From IMG/VR virus record IMGVR_UViG_3300042483_000388: a stretch of DNA of 64,000 nt; one strand, 5' to 3'. The stretch comes from a virus (Duplodnaviria > Caudoviricetes). The notes beneath the pieces are model-generated. The model made no database searches. It was not told the origin of the DNA and saw only the letters and a list, made by a program, of their open reading frames with translations. Below are positions 30,261 through 39,915 of the stretch, one piece after another. The first letter of the stretch is position 1, and each line of letters starts with the position of its first letter. The position numbers and the translations under genes were made by a program.

Positions 30261-31036
30261 TGGAAGATGTGATACAAAAAATGAAAGATGGTATCTCAAG
30301 TAAACTTGCTGGATCACCTGCAAGAACAGATACGTTAAAAGCATTTGAAAATTTGAAAGAGAGCGGTTATGATGATAACTTTGAACTAACTATTGATTTT
30401 TTAGATTTTTTAAAAAATAAAGAAGATATTGGTGAAATATATTTATTAATTAAAAACAAAAAATTATCTAATAACGAAATTAGAAAAAGATTAAAGACAT
30501 ATCTAAAAGATCCTGAAAATTTAAGAGATTTTTTAAACTCTATTTTAGACACCAACAAAGGTAAAAAAAGTGAAGAAAAAGAATCAACAGGATCTGGTAG
30601 TTCTGGAGGATATTCACAACCACTTTTCACAACCAAGCGTGATATTGTTAGAGGTGTGAAAACAGTTAGAGAACAATTGGAAATGGGTGAAACAACTGAA
30701 GAAGGTAATGATGATATGGTTAAAAAAGAAACTAAAGAAGCTACAAGTTCATCATCTTCAGGGCAATACAGCCAACCATCAATGTGGGCTAAATCCATGA
30801 GTAAAAAGAATTTTAGAGGATATTCTAAAACACAACTTCCTGGTGGTAAATTTGTTCAAGTTAAGAAGAAGTGTAAAAAGTTCCCATACTGTAATCAAGG
30901 AGATATAAAAGCCCTTAAAATATTTGAAAATGAGTCAGTGCAAAACGCGATAGATAGTGTCTCGAGTAGTTATGGGTTGGATAAAGAATATATTTCTGAA
31001 ATTGTATATCAAAAAATCAGAAAAAGACAAAAATAA
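30260..31036 (+). CDS. Hypothetical head/scaffold-like protein
   Basis: Repeated KE(S/A)T.S.SSG.YSQP motifs; charged; CKKFPYCNQG. Confidence 0.5.
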   Translation: MEDVIQKMKDGISSKLAGSPARTDTLKAFENLKESGYDDNFELTIDFLDFLKNKEDIGEIYLLIKNKKLSNNEIRKRLKTYLKDPENLRDFLNSILDTNKGKKSEEKESTGSGSSGGYSQPLFTTKRDIVRGVKTVREQLEMGETTEEGNDDMVKKETKEATSSSSSGQYSQPSMWAKSMSKKNFRGYSKTQLPGGKFVQVKKKCKKFPYCNQGDIKALKIFENESVQNAIDSVSSSYGLDKEYISEIVYQKIRKRQK

Positions 31037-31060
31037 AGATATTTATTAAAAAAAGAAAAG

Positions 31061-32284
31061 ATGAACAAACGTGAATACATACAATCAAGACTTGAAAAAA
31101 TCTTGAGAGAAAACATAAATGAGAAAGCTGACAATATCTTAAACAGATTAAACTATAATAAAGAGGCTCCTTTTAACCCAGAAGGTAGTTCATTTGATTA
31201 TGTTCAAGAAACAGAACATATGGAAGGTTCCAAAATGTGTGAATCATGTGGTGGAGAAATGAACGAAGGTGAGAATTGTGAAGAATGTGGTGCAGGGTAT
31301 GGAAAAGGAAATTTAAATGAGTTAGGTGATGATACGGAATTAGATGAAAGACTATATGGTAAACAACGTAGGATTGATAGAAATAAAAATGGAAGATTGG
31401 ATTCTGAAGACTTTAAAATGTTAAGGAATAAAAAAACAAGAAAAAATATTGAAGAATTTAATAATTACGAAAGTGAACAAGAGGAAGGAACTTTGTATGA
31501 AATACAAATTGAAAGACCAAATAAATTCAATCAAAATAAAATGGTTAAAGAATCTGCATTATTTACAGAGTCCGAAGTTATTGAGATGGTTGAAAGAATT
31601 ATTAATGAAGAAAATAAGAAATTTAACGCTGGACGACAACCTAAAGGGTATACTGAATATGAAAGAGTTCATAAAAAAGACAAAAAAGAAGAAGAGGATT
31701 ATTTTAAACTTTTAGCTAAAAAAATGAAAGATTATTTGAAAGACTCAACTAAAGGAGAATACAAAGAAAACCCGACTAATTTTCCTGAAAGTAATTATAC
31801 TCTAGATAAGAACGCTAAAGCTAAAAAATACACACCATCCGAAGCGGTTGACGATTATTTAGATGCGTTTTCTTATCCTGGCATGACCAACTTAGTTTAT
31901 GATGAAATTAAACCTAATGATGAGTGGATTGAGAACAATCTTAAAGGTTCATCTAAAACGGGAAATGCTCAAGTTGATAAAGATGGTAAGGCGTTAGGTA
32001 ATGTTGTACCAAGTAAGACTGGTGAGAAATTTTATAAAAACTACAAAGACAACCTTTATGGTCAAGAACAGCAAAATGCGTCATACAAAAGACAACCACA
32101 ACCTGTTGATCAAGCTGGTGAGGAAACAGAAAGAGGATCTTTAAAATCTAAAAGAGGTAAAAAAACGGCACAATCAGTTTTAAATAAAGTGGATGAAGGT
32201 TTTAATAATAAAGAATCTCAAAAATTAACTGAGGAGTTCGACAGAATGAAGTTGTTAATGGGTTATACCGATAAGACCCAATAA
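31061..32284 (+). CDS. Highly charged prohead core/scaffold-like protein
   Basis: CESCG..CEECG, EF-hand-like DRNKNGRLDSEDF, many (L/I)xE sites, C-terminal LTEEFDRMKLLMGY; TATTTAT upstream. Confidence 0.5.
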   Translation: MNKREYIQSRLEKILRENINEKADNILNRLNYNKEAPFNPEGSSFDYVQETEHMEGSKMCESCGGEMNEGENCEECGAGYGKGNLNELGDDTELDERLYGKQRRIDRNKNGRLDSEDFKMLRNKKTRKNIEEFNNYESEQEEGTLYEIQIERPNKFNQNKMVKESALFTESEVIEMVERIINEENKKFNAGRQPKGYTEYERVHKKDKKEEEDYFKLLAKKMKDYLKDSTKGEYKENPTNFPESNYTLDKNAKAKKYTPSEAVDDYLDAFSYPGMTNLVYDEIKPNDEWIENNLKGSSKTGNAQVDKDGKALGNVVPSKTGEKFYKNYKDNLYGQEQQNASYKRQPQPVDQAGEETERGSLKSKRGKKTAQSVLNKVDEGFNNKESQKLTEEFDRMKLLMGYTDKTQ

Positions 32285-32331
32285 TTTACAAATCATAGGT
32301 CATAACCTATAATTTTTTCATAGTTATACCT

Positions 32332-32799
32332 ATGGATAATTTTCTAAACTACCTAACAAAACATTTAGACCCTGAACAAGTTGATATCTGGTTCAGGGTT
32401 AATAATATTATACCGGAAAAGATGGAGTTGTATTACGAACTATCTTATTCCTTATATCTTTTAATATCAATTACTTATATGGGTAATTCTGACGTTGGTT
32501 CAGAAACAAATGTTAAGATGGACCCATCCGATAACCAAAAACATTTTGATTGGTGCTGGGACAAAAACCTTAAAAACTTCGGTAAAGAAAATATCCTATT
32601 TGAAGAAAGAGGAGAACACTACGATTATTTTCAAACATTCTTTAATGAAATATTTTATAATCAAGATAAGTTAACGATAAAAAACTCAATAGATGTATTT
32701 TTTGATGACCTTTTTAATAGGGACAAACCATTTACGCAAGTAGATTTAGATTTGATATTTAATATCTATAAAACTTTAGATAAAAATCTTACCATATAA
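32332..32799 (+). CDS. Hypothetical protein
   Basis: Preceded by TTTACA-N17-TATAAT (32285-32313). Confidence 0.65.
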   Translation: MDNFLNYLTKHLDPEQVDIWFRVNNIIPEKMELYYELSYSLYLLISITYMGNSDVGSETNVKMDPSDNQKHFDWCWDKNLKNFGKENILFEERGEHYDYFQTFFNEIFYNQDKLTIKNSIDVFFDDLFNRDKPFTQVDLDLIFNIYKTLDKNLTI

Positions 32800-32859
32800 A
32801 CTTTACAAAATAGGTAATAACATTTAATATAATACAAATAAACAATAATTTTAATAGAA

Positions 32860-33030
32860 ATGGAAACATTAGAGAAAATTAAAGAACTCACAGAACAATT
32901 GAGTGTAGACGTAACTAAATTCTACGAAGGAAATAATAGTGCTGGAACAAGGGCTAGAAAAACCTCACAAGATTTAAAAAACCTTATACAACAACTTAGA
33001 ACTGAGATCTTAGAAGAAAGAAAAAAATAA
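32860..33030 (+). CDS. Histone H1-like / Hc1-family nucleoid-associated protein, 56 aa (not in the ORF track)
   Basis: METLEKIKELTEQLSVDVTKFYEGNNSAGTRARKTSQDLKNLIQQLRTEILEERKK; carries the GN.AG.RARK signature of the Bacteroidetes Hc1-like family. Confidence 0.75.
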   Translation: METLEKIKELTEQLSVDVTKFYEGNNSAGTRARKTSQDLKNLIQQLRTEILEERKK

Positions 33031-33032
33031 TT

Positions 33033-33227
33033 ATGTTAAAATTGGATACTTTATTTCTTTATTTATTTGTATTGTCTACAATATTTTTATTTAACATTAT
33101 TTTAAAAATTGTGACTTCAATCCTGAGTAACACACCAAAACAAATACAATATAGTAAGTGGGAAATGGTATCCAATTATTTTTTCATATCTTATTTAATA
33201 ACCTATTTAATAATTAATTTAATATGA
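33033..33227 (+). CDS. Small two-TM membrane protein
   Basis: Two hydrophobic helices. Confidence 0.55.
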   Translation: MLKLDTLFLYLFVLSTIFLFNIILKIVTSILSNTPKQIQYSKWEMVSNYFFISYLITYLIINLI

Positions 33228-33643
33228 GTATGTATACCGAATTAAAAGATATTTTTCTTTATTTAGTTTCAGTTAGAAAACTTAAGAATTATATATCTAT
33301 TGATATACAATTCCCAAAACAATGGAAAATACCAAAAAAGTATGTCAATGAAGATAAAATAGTAGAAAATGAAAAAATTGATAACGATTGTAGATTTTTT
33401 TCATTTGTAAGCGAATTTGATGAGAAAAATCTTAATGACACTGTTGGTAATATTAAAAATATTATTTCATACAACAAAGAGATTGAAATGAAAGAAAGAT
33501 TATTAAAACAAAAAATTGACGAACTTAAGAGAATTTTTGAAACTGAAAAAATTGAAAGTTTACAAGGTTTAAAGTTTGACTTAATTGAAGAAAAAATTGA
33601 CGATGGAGAAGAAATTGTTAACACGGGAAGAGACTCAAATTGA
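33224..33643 (+). CDS. Hypothetical protein
   Basis: Coupled ORF. Confidence 0.65.
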   Translation: MSMYTELKDIFLYLVSVRKLKNYISIDIQFPKQWKIPKKYVNEDKIVENEKIDNDCRFFSFVSEFDEKNLNDTVGNIKNIISYNKEIEMKERLLKQKIDELKRIFETEKIESLQGLKFDLIEEKIDDGEEIVNTGRDSN

Positions 33644-33800
33644 GTGGCTTAAAAATGAAACCGAAAAAGATAAAATAGAACTTGAAAAAGAAAAACAAAG
33701 GACAATATTATCTTTAAAAAATTTCAAAAAAGAAGAAATTGTTAGACCAAAGGAGGAACTTACATTATGGAAGAGAATAAAGAAAGTGTTGTTGGGATAA
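33603..33800 (+). CDS. Small hypothetical coiled-coil protein
   Basis: Overlapping operon ORF. Confidence 0.55.
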   Translation: MEKKLLTREETQIEWLKNETEKDKIELEKEKQRTILSLKNFKKEEIVRPKEELTLWKRIKKVLLG

Positions 33801-34102
33801 TTGAACAATTGGTGATAGTAACTGACGCAACACAAACGATATTCCCAAATGGGAAAGTTATTATGGTTTTTGAATTGTCGGAGGTAGACTTCAAAAATGT
33901 GCAATCAAATTTTAGGGGTATTGATCATGGGTATAATAAATTCTCAATTGACATTTCTGGTGTAGAGTTGGTTTTTATTTTGGAAGGTCAAATTAGTTTT
34001 GATGAACCAAAAGAATTGATAAAAGAAGTTAAAATATCTTTTATGGGAAAATTAAGAAATCTATTTTCTGGGTCTAAAAGTAGTGGTCCTCCTGTAAAGT
34101 GA
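33767..34102 (+). CDS. Hypothetical protein
   Basis: Coupled ORF. Confidence 0.6.
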   Translation: MEENKESVVGIIEQLVIVTDATQTIFPNGKVIMVFELSEVDFKNVQSNFRGIDHGYNKFSIDISGVELVFILEGQISFDEPKELIKEVKISFMGKLRNLFSGSKSSGPPVK

Positions 34103-34699
34103 GGATTTTTTTATTCCCTTACTTTCTAACAGATCATACAGGTATTTTTTCTGTGGTTTAGATGTCTCACTAACAATTATTGAATCCATCCTTGAATTAT
34201 CCAACATAAATTCGCTTAAAGATGATAGAAACCTCAAAGATTCAGTTTCATTTTTAAAAGAAAATAAATTTATTTTATCGTCATTCTGTAAAATAACTTT
34301 ATTATTTATCCTTGAAATTAATTTAACATATGTTTTTGGTAGATATTTTTTTAGGAATGTATCAAAAGTTATTTTTTTATTTTCGTTAACATCAAAGATT
34401 TTATCGGGTAGTTTATAATTGGAAACCTGAATTAATTTGTAATCTGGATCATCCAACTCAACTTTAACCTGTCTACCAAGATTATCCCTTATGAAATAAA
34501 GATCAAAATTGGTTTTAGTCTTTTCCAGTAGACCCAATTCAAAAAAACAATCCTCAGCATTTTCAACACGAGTATCAAATACTACGGACTCACTCTCCTT
34601 TAATAACTTATTATAAAAGGCTTGTGCTCGTTCTTTAGTTACAAATTTATTGATTATTTTTTTTCTTTCCTTATTTTTGAATAATACCACTAAATAATT
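34061..34699 (-). CDS. Hypothetical protein (probable start MNYLVVLF)
   Basis: Long ORF divergent from DnaJ. Confidence 0.65.
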   Translation of the reverse strand, partial: NYLVVLFKNKERKKIINKFVTKERAQAFYNKLLKESESVVFDTRVENAEDCFFELGLLEKTKTNFDLYFIRDNLGRQVKVELDDPDYKLIQVSNYKLPDKIFDVNENKKITFDTFLKKYLPKTYVKLISRINNKVILQNDDKINLFSFKNETESLRFLSSLSEFMLDNSRMDSIIVSETSKPQKKYLYDLLESKGIKKSSLYRRTTTFRPRK

Positions 34700-34731
34700 C
34701 ATAATAGAAATATAAATAACAATACAAATAA

Positions 34732-35634
34732 ATGAACGCTGAAAATTATTACGAAATTTTGGGAGTCCCCGAAACGGCAACACAAGACGAATTAAAAAAG
34801 GCGTATAGAAAGTTAGCAAAAGAAAATCACCCAGATGTTGGTGGTAATGAGGACAAATTTAAAAAGATATCAAGCGCTTATGACATATTGGGTGATGAAC
34901 AAAAAAGACAACAATATGATCAACAAAGAAAAAATCCATTTGGTGATATGTTCTCAATGTTTAACCAACAAAGACCAAACCAACAAAGACAAGCTCATAC
35001 AACCACAATTTCAGTAAACATTGGGGTTTTGGATTCTTACAATGCGGATAAGAAAAATTTAACATATAAGAGACAAATTCCGTGTGATCCTTGTAGTGGG
35101 ACAGGTGGGGATAAAAAGTTGTGTAATGTTTGTGGTGGATCTGGTAATGTTGTTAGGCAAGTTGGTTCAGGTATGTTTGTACAAGTAATACAGATGGTTT
35201 GTGATAGTTGTCGAGGTACTGGTAAAATTATTATAACACCATGTTTTCTTTGTCAGGGCGCGGGAACTAAGGGGGATATTAAGAATTTAGAGATTAAATT
35301 ACCATATGGGATAGATAATGGTCAATTTGTTAGACTACAAGGAATGGGTGACTATAGAAATGGGGTATATGGTGATTTAATTGTTAGAATAAATGTTGAA
35401 CCACAAAATGGATTTGATAAAATTGATAACCATTTAATTTATAATGCTTTTTTAAATATGGAAGATCTTAAAAATGGTAATCTAATGGTTCCCCATCCAG
35501 ATGGCGATTTAAACTTAAAATTACCAAAAACGGTGGATACTTCAAGACCGTTAAGGGTTAAATCTAAAGGGTTTAAATTAGAAACCGTTGGAGACTTAAT
35601 TGTAAATCAGTTTGTTAAATTCCAAAGGGATTAA
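34732..35634 (+). CDS. dnaJ: DnaJ co-chaperone (J domain, Zn finger, C-terminal domain)
   Basis: YYEILGV...HPD motif and four CxxCxGxG repeats. Confidence 0.95.
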   Translation: MNAENYYEILGVPETATQDELKKAYRKLAKENHPDVGGNEDKFKKISSAYDILGDEQKRQQYDQQRKNPFGDMFSMFNQQRPNQQRQAHTTTISVNIGVLDSYNADKKNLTYKRQIPCDPCSGTGGDKKLCNVCGGSGNVVRQVGSGMFVQVIQMVCDSCRGTGKIIITPCFLCQGAGTKGDIKNLEIKLPYGIDNGQFVRLQGMGDYRNGVYGDLIVRINVEPQNGFDKIDNHLIYNAFLNMEDLKNGNLMVPHPDGDLNLKLPKTVDTSRPLRVKSKGFKLETVGDLIVNQFVKFQRD

Positions 35635-35792
35635 AATAAGGATATTAAATCTTTAATTGCTACTATAAACCCGTATATGGCAAAAAACGTAAAAATTCCA
35701 CCAAATATTAAAACAAATGTTTGTGTGTTCTTAACTTGTTTGCTATCTTTACATGTCGGACATTTAACTTGTGTTGATTCTTGACTCTCCAT
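35631..35792 (-). CDS. Small CxxC + TM protein, 53 aa (not in the ORF track)
   Basis: [53 protein letters not shown]. Confidence 0.55.
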   Translation of the reverse strand: MESQESTQVKCPTCKDSKQVKNTQTFVLIFGGIFTFFAIYGFIVAIKDLISLF

Positions 35793-35801
35793 ATTGTTAT
35801 T

Positions 35802-36293
35802 TTAAATTATATAGATAATAATATCACCTTTAATTATTTTAGTAAAGTTATTAACTTCAAAATCTTCTCTGATAACCGTTTCACCTGATTTGGTAATTAT
35901 AATTGTTTTATCGTTTTGGTTACTTGGTAAATTCTTTGGGTGACCAATTGATGTATTAATAGTTAAAAATAAATCACTATTTTTAGATTGAGTAACCCAA
36001 ATATGGTAATCAACACCTATCATATAGTCTTTAATTAAAATAGAATGGTCTTTATCTTGTATTTTACTTGGAGAATTAAGTATGTCTATGGATACCTCAA
36101 CAATGATGTCTAGAATGTCAACAATTGACTCCTTTATATCCTCAATTGATTGTCTACCGTATAATGAATTACTTATTGCCATATTTGAATGGTCATTATA
36201 AAAAATGTCAACGTTTAGACCATCAACTTCATATCTATCCAATAGTTGTTTTCCCTCAAGGATGATATTTTTTATTGTATTAAGTAATTTCAT
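35802..36293 (-). CDS. Hypothetical protein with an N-terminal (I/L)xE peptide (MKLLNTIKNIILEG)
   Basis: TATTTAT 6 nt upstream of this ATG; the longer track start lies inside a terminator hairpin. Confidence 0.65.
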   Translation of the reverse strand: MKLLNTIKNIILEGKQLLDRYEVDGLNVDIFYNDHSNMAISNSLYGRQSIEDIKESIVDILDIIVEVSIDILNSPSKIQDKDHSILIKDYMIGVDYHIWVTQSKNSDLFLTINTSIGHPKNLPSNQNDKTIIITKSGETVIREDFEVNNFTKIIKGDIIIYII

Positions 36294-36306
36294 ATTACTA
36301 TAAATA

Positions 36307-36334
36307 TAAAACCCCTCCATAAATGAAGGGGTTT
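36307..36334 (-). terminator. Intrinsic terminator closing the small RNA unit
   Basis: AAACCCCT-tcatttatg-GAGGGGTTTT on the minus strand. Confidence 0.7.
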
Positions 36335-36350
36335 CGCAAGATTATTTCAT

Positions 36351-36517
36351 TTATTCAATTGAGGTTATCAACCCGTGTCGACACACCCGACACCCGGCGT
36401 TCAGATTGTTAGTTAGGAGTACTGACATCCTGCGTTGACACACCCAACACCAGGCGTTCAGATTGTTAGTTAGGAGTACTGACATCCTTGTTTTCAGTAG
36501 TGTTACCCACATCAACA
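36351..36517 (-). ncRNA. Candidate structured small RNA with two identical 36-nt pseudoknot-like modules, each followed by a covarying hairpin
   Basis: TATCTTTG promoter at 36521-36528 (-), terminator at 36307-36334, 57-nt period, compensatory base changes between copies, GC-rich relative to the genome. Confidence 0.6.
36380..36488. repeat. Two ~52-bp direct repeats with a 57-bp period
   Basis: 36380-36431 and 36437-36488, differing at two positions. Confidence 0.95.
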
Positions 36518-36617
36518 ATACAAAGATAAGGAAGTTTTTGGTTCTACCAAAACATTTGTAATCTTTTTTTAAAAAACTTCCATTGACTGATTACCATAAA
36601 TATCTTATATTTTATCT

Positions 36618-37457
36618 ATGTTAAGTTATATAGGTGGTAAGAGTAAGATTGGAAAGTGGATAGTCCCTTTCTATGATAAAGATATGGAAACATACGTTGA
36701 AACATTTGGTGGTATGTTTTGGTGTTTCTTTAATATGGACTTAAAACAGTTCCCCAACCTAAAGAAAGTTGTTTACAACGACTTTAATCCGCTAAATTAT
36801 AACCTATTTAAGTGTATTCAAAACCCAACGGAGTTATTGATGGCGATCAACTCAATTGATTGTCAAAAATTTGGGGAAGAAGTAACACCTACAATCTATA
36901 AAGAACAATTTATAAGGTTTCAGGCTGAAATATTTGCCGAAAATTTCAGGGTAGAACCTGGTAATTATGATGTTGCGGCTAAATATGCGTATGTTTTAAC
37001 ACAAGTATTCTCAGGATCTAAACCTGAGACAAGTTCTTTTATTGACCTTAAAGGTAAGTACAAATCTAAATACTTAACATTCCGAGATAAGTTAATGAAA
37101 CCTGATTGGGTTGAACATTTCTTAAGAATAAGTGATGTGGAAAATATGGACTTTGCTGAAGTTATTGAAAAGTATGATTCACCTAACACTTATTTTTATG
37201 TGGATCCTCCATACTGGAAAACAGAAAACTATTACTCCAACCATGACTTTGATCGTAAAGACCACGAAAGACTTTCAAAATCTTTAACAAGTATGGAAGG
37301 TAAATTCAGTTTATCGTATTATGATTTTGAATTGTTACACGAATGGTTTCCTGAAGACCAATACATTTGGTCTAAAAAGAAATTTGCTAAGGCTGCTGCA
37401 GCTAAAAAGGGTAAGACTCAAACTATGGGTGAGGAATTATTAATAATGAATTATTAA
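36618..37457 (+). CDS. Dam/D12-class N6-adenine DNA methyltransferase
   Basis: SYIGGKSK, YVETFGG, VYNDFN, FYVDPPY, ELLIMNY. Confidence 0.9.
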   Translation: MLSYIGGKSKIGKWIVPFYDKDMETYVETFGGMFWCFFNMDLKQFPNLKKVVYNDFNPLNYNLFKCIQNPTELLMAINSIDCQKFGEEVTPTIYKEQFIRFQAEIFAENFRVEPGNYDVAAKYAYVLTQVFSGSKPETSSFIDLKGKYKSKYLTFRDKLMKPDWVEHFLRISDVENMDFAEVIEKYDSPNTYFYVDPPYWKTENYYSNHDFDRKDHERLSKSLTSMEGKFSLSYYDFELLHEWFPEDQYIWSKKKFAKAAAAKKGKTQTMGEELLIMNY

Positions 37458-37496
37458 TTTTTTCAATTAATCTAATATTTATATAGAAATATTATT

Positions 37497-38870
37497 ATGT
37501 CAATTCGTTTTACAAACATATTAAAAAATTTAATTATGGAACAATCAAGGTTCCAAGTTTTATACGATAAATTCGTAAAGCCACCAAAAGGGGGTAAAGG
37601 AATTATTCCTTTTGAAACTTTATTCGCACTTATTGCTGCCGACCCAACCACAAAAATTCCCGATGGAATGGATATTGATAATGTAAAACCACAAGATATG
37701 GACCGAGTTAAAATCGGTAAATACGCTCAGTGGTTAATCAAAAACTTTATTACGCCTAAGTTACCGGCAGATCATCCTTTAATGATTAGTGATCCCCAAT
37801 CAAGCCAATACAAACAAGCATTGGCACAATTCCAAGCCCTTTTCATGGAAGATTTATATAAGGTTACAACAAATCTTCAAAAATATGAAAGATTTAAAAA
37901 TAGGTTAGCACAAGAATATAGAGATATAAATAAATTAAGTATTGAGACTTTACAAGACCAAGTCAAAGATTTTAGTTTAGAAAAAACTAAAGCAACTGCT
38001 GACGAGAAAAAAGAAGCTTCTGTAACATATGCTCACCCTGGAGCAGACATCGTTTATAGAGGTCAAGATTGGACGGTTGCTAAAATCTCAAACACAGGTC
38101 CATTAGGTAAAGAAGCAGCATGTTTCTATGGTGGATCTCATAATGAGGGAAGACGAGGGGAAACTACTTGGTGCACATCATCACCTGGATATACTTGGTT
38201 TGAAAGATATATTGCCAAAGGACCTTTATATGTTGTAATTCCAAACACACCATCAACTTTCAAAACTTACGGAAAAGAAACTGGTGAGGTTTCAGGACTT
38301 CCGGCAAATCGTTATCAATTCCACTTCCCTGATAATCAATACATGGACGCTGATGATAGACAAATCAATTTAATTGACTTTTTAAACACAAATGAAGAAG
38401 GTTTAAAACAATTCTTTAAACCAGAATTTATGTCATCATTAACAGGTGAAAAGGGGACAAAAGTACAAGTTGAATATCCTAATGACTCAGCATCTAAGTT
38501 CATCGCTCTTTATGGGTTTGATGAATTCTTTGACTCTTTACCTCAAAATATACAAAGATTTACATTTAAGAATTCAGGGAAAGATAAAATATCTTTGAAT
38601 GTTCCTAACGACATTTCAAAATTTAAGGAATTAACCGCAATTAATTTTGTTGGTTGTGTTGCTTCTATCCCCGAATCAATATGTGATTTACCAAAGTTAC
38701 AATATTTGTCATTGGTTGATAACCCAAATCTACAACAAATACCGGAGTGTTTAGCAAATATGCCAAACTTGATGGTTGTTAATATTCCTGGTGCCTCCGG
38801 TAAAAACATTATCCCCCAAGCTTTATATGATCGGGATAATATTGATGATGATTTCCATATCTTCGAATAA
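37497..38870 (+). CDS. Protein with an N-terminal (I/L)xE peptide, central WCT motif domain and C-terminal leucine-rich repeats
   Basis: LIMEQ; TTWCTSS; IPESICDLPKLQYLSLVDNPNLQQIPECLANMPNL. Confidence 0.7.
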   Translation: MSIRFTNILKNLIMEQSRFQVLYDKFVKPPKGGKGIIPFETLFALIAADPTTKIPDGMDIDNVKPQDMDRVKIGKYAQWLIKNFITPKLPADHPLMISDPQSSQYKQALAQFQALFMEDLYKVTTNLQKYERFKNRLAQEYRDINKLSIETLQDQVKDFSLEKTKATADEKKEASVTYAHPGADIVYRGQDWTVAKISNTGPLGKEAACFYGGSHNEGRRGETTWCTSSPGYTWFERYIAKGPLYVVIPNTPSTFKTYGKETGEVSGLPANRYQFHFPDNQYMDADDRQINLIDFLNTNEEGLKQFFKPEFMSSLTGEKGTKVQVEYPNDSASKFIALYGFDEFFDSLPQNIQRFTFKNSGKDKISLNVPNDISKFKELTAINFVGCVASIPESICDLPKLQYLSLVDNPNLQQIPECLANMPNLMVVNIPGASGKNIIPQALYDRDNIDDDFHIFE

Positions 38871-38889
38871 AAACAGAAAAAACATAATT

Positions 38890-38918
38890 AAACCCACCTT
38901 TAGTGGGTTTTTCTTTTT
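38890..38918 (+). terminator. Intrinsic terminator
   Basis: AAACCCAC-cttta-GTGGGTTT followed by a T-rich tail. Confidence 0.8.
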
Positions 38919-38938
38919 ACGAACTATTTATTTATGGT

Positions 38939-39310
38939 ATGAAAATAATTATTACAGAGGATCAACTTAAAACTGCAGTATTTCAAAATACTGTTGATAT
39001 GGCACTTGATGATATTAAACAAAAATGTGATAAGATAAATGATGTTGGTGCTGATGCTGGAGAAATAATAAGTTTTGATGTTTGTGATCAATTGGAATCA
39101 ATTAAAAGAATTGAAATTGTAACCGTATATAAAACAAACAATATAATTGAAATGGGTCTTATAGTTTATTATGATAGTATTTTTCCATCAATGGATGCTG
39201 GTGATTATCTTTATGAGTTGGAGCATCATTTAAGAGAATATTTGGGTAAAGGAAATTTTAAATTGAAACTACTTAATGTTATAAACGAAAATCCAAGAAG
39301 TGATTGGTAA
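38939..39310 (+). CDS. MKIIITE-type protein
   Basis: MKIIITEDQL start, with TATTTAT 3 nt upstream. Confidence 0.7.
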   Translation: MKIIITEDQLKTAVFQNTVDMALDDIKQKCDKINDVGADAGEIISFDVCDQLESIKRIEIVTVYKTNNIIEMGLIVYYDSIFPSMDAGDYLYELEHHLREYLGKGNFKLKLLNVINENPRSDW

Positions 39311-39897
39311 TGAAAATAATAATAACAGAAAATCAATACAATAATTTAACTCAGGAAAAAATAAAAAATTTCCTATTTAAATTATGGGATAGACAACAGG
39401 AAAACGGTGAAGAACCTAATTTGGGTGAAATCATTTATGATGTTTTAGACATAAACTATGGTAGTGAGATGGACCATAAATTAGTTAGGCCACTTTGGTA
39501 TGAGTATAATGGTGGATCTGAAAAAGTTATAAATAAGATTAAAGACCAGATATTAGGTAAAGTGTTTAAAATTAAGGGAGAACAAAACCTAACAATGTTT
39601 GTAAGGATAGATGAAATTACGAATGATAATTATGAATATAATGAATATGTTGAGGTTAGTTTAGAGTTTAAAGGTAGTATTTTAGGTGGGAATGTTGATT
39701 TTATTGGAACGGATGACTATGGGAATGAAGGAGAAACTGAAGTTTTAGAGTTAGGTGATATTTATAACGAACTGGAGTATCAAGAACTTAGTGATTTTGA
39801 AGAATTTTTACGAGATGAAGCTCATGAATATTTTTGGTATAAGTTTGTAAAAAAATATGGAACTCCGTTTAATATTGAACTTGATAATAAGTTTTAA
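39310..39897 (+). CDS. MKIIITE-type acidic protein
   Basis: MKIIITENQY start; coupled to the previous ORF. Confidence 0.7.
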   Translation: MKIIITENQYNNLTQEKIKNFLFKLWDRQQENGEEPNLGEIIYDVLDINYGSEMDHKLVRPLWYEYNGGSEKVINKIKDQILGKVFKIKGEQNLTMFVRIDEITNDNYEYNEYVEVSLEFKGSILGGNVDFIGTDDYGNEGETEVLELGDIYNELEYQELSDFEEFLRDEAHEYFWYKFVKKYGTPFNIELDNKF

Positions 39898-39915
39898 AAT
39901 TAATATACTTTTAAT

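Noticed and set aside
36351-36512. 53-aa peptide ORF (MWVTLLKTRMSVLLTNNLNAWCWVCQRRMSVLLTNNLNAGCRVCRHGLITSIE) as a RiPP-like precursor
   Set aside because: All four differences between the copies are non-synonymous, and three restore or maintain hairpin pairing, which favours RNA-level selection. No modifying enzymes are nearby. Not fully excluded.
36351-36517. Known riboswitch or ribozyme (preQ1, SAM-II/V, pistol, hammerhead, HDV-like) or a TIGR array
   Set aside because: I could not match the conserved cores by eye. A terminator follows with no regulated ORF, and there is no box C/D dual-spacer pattern or Nop-domain gene.
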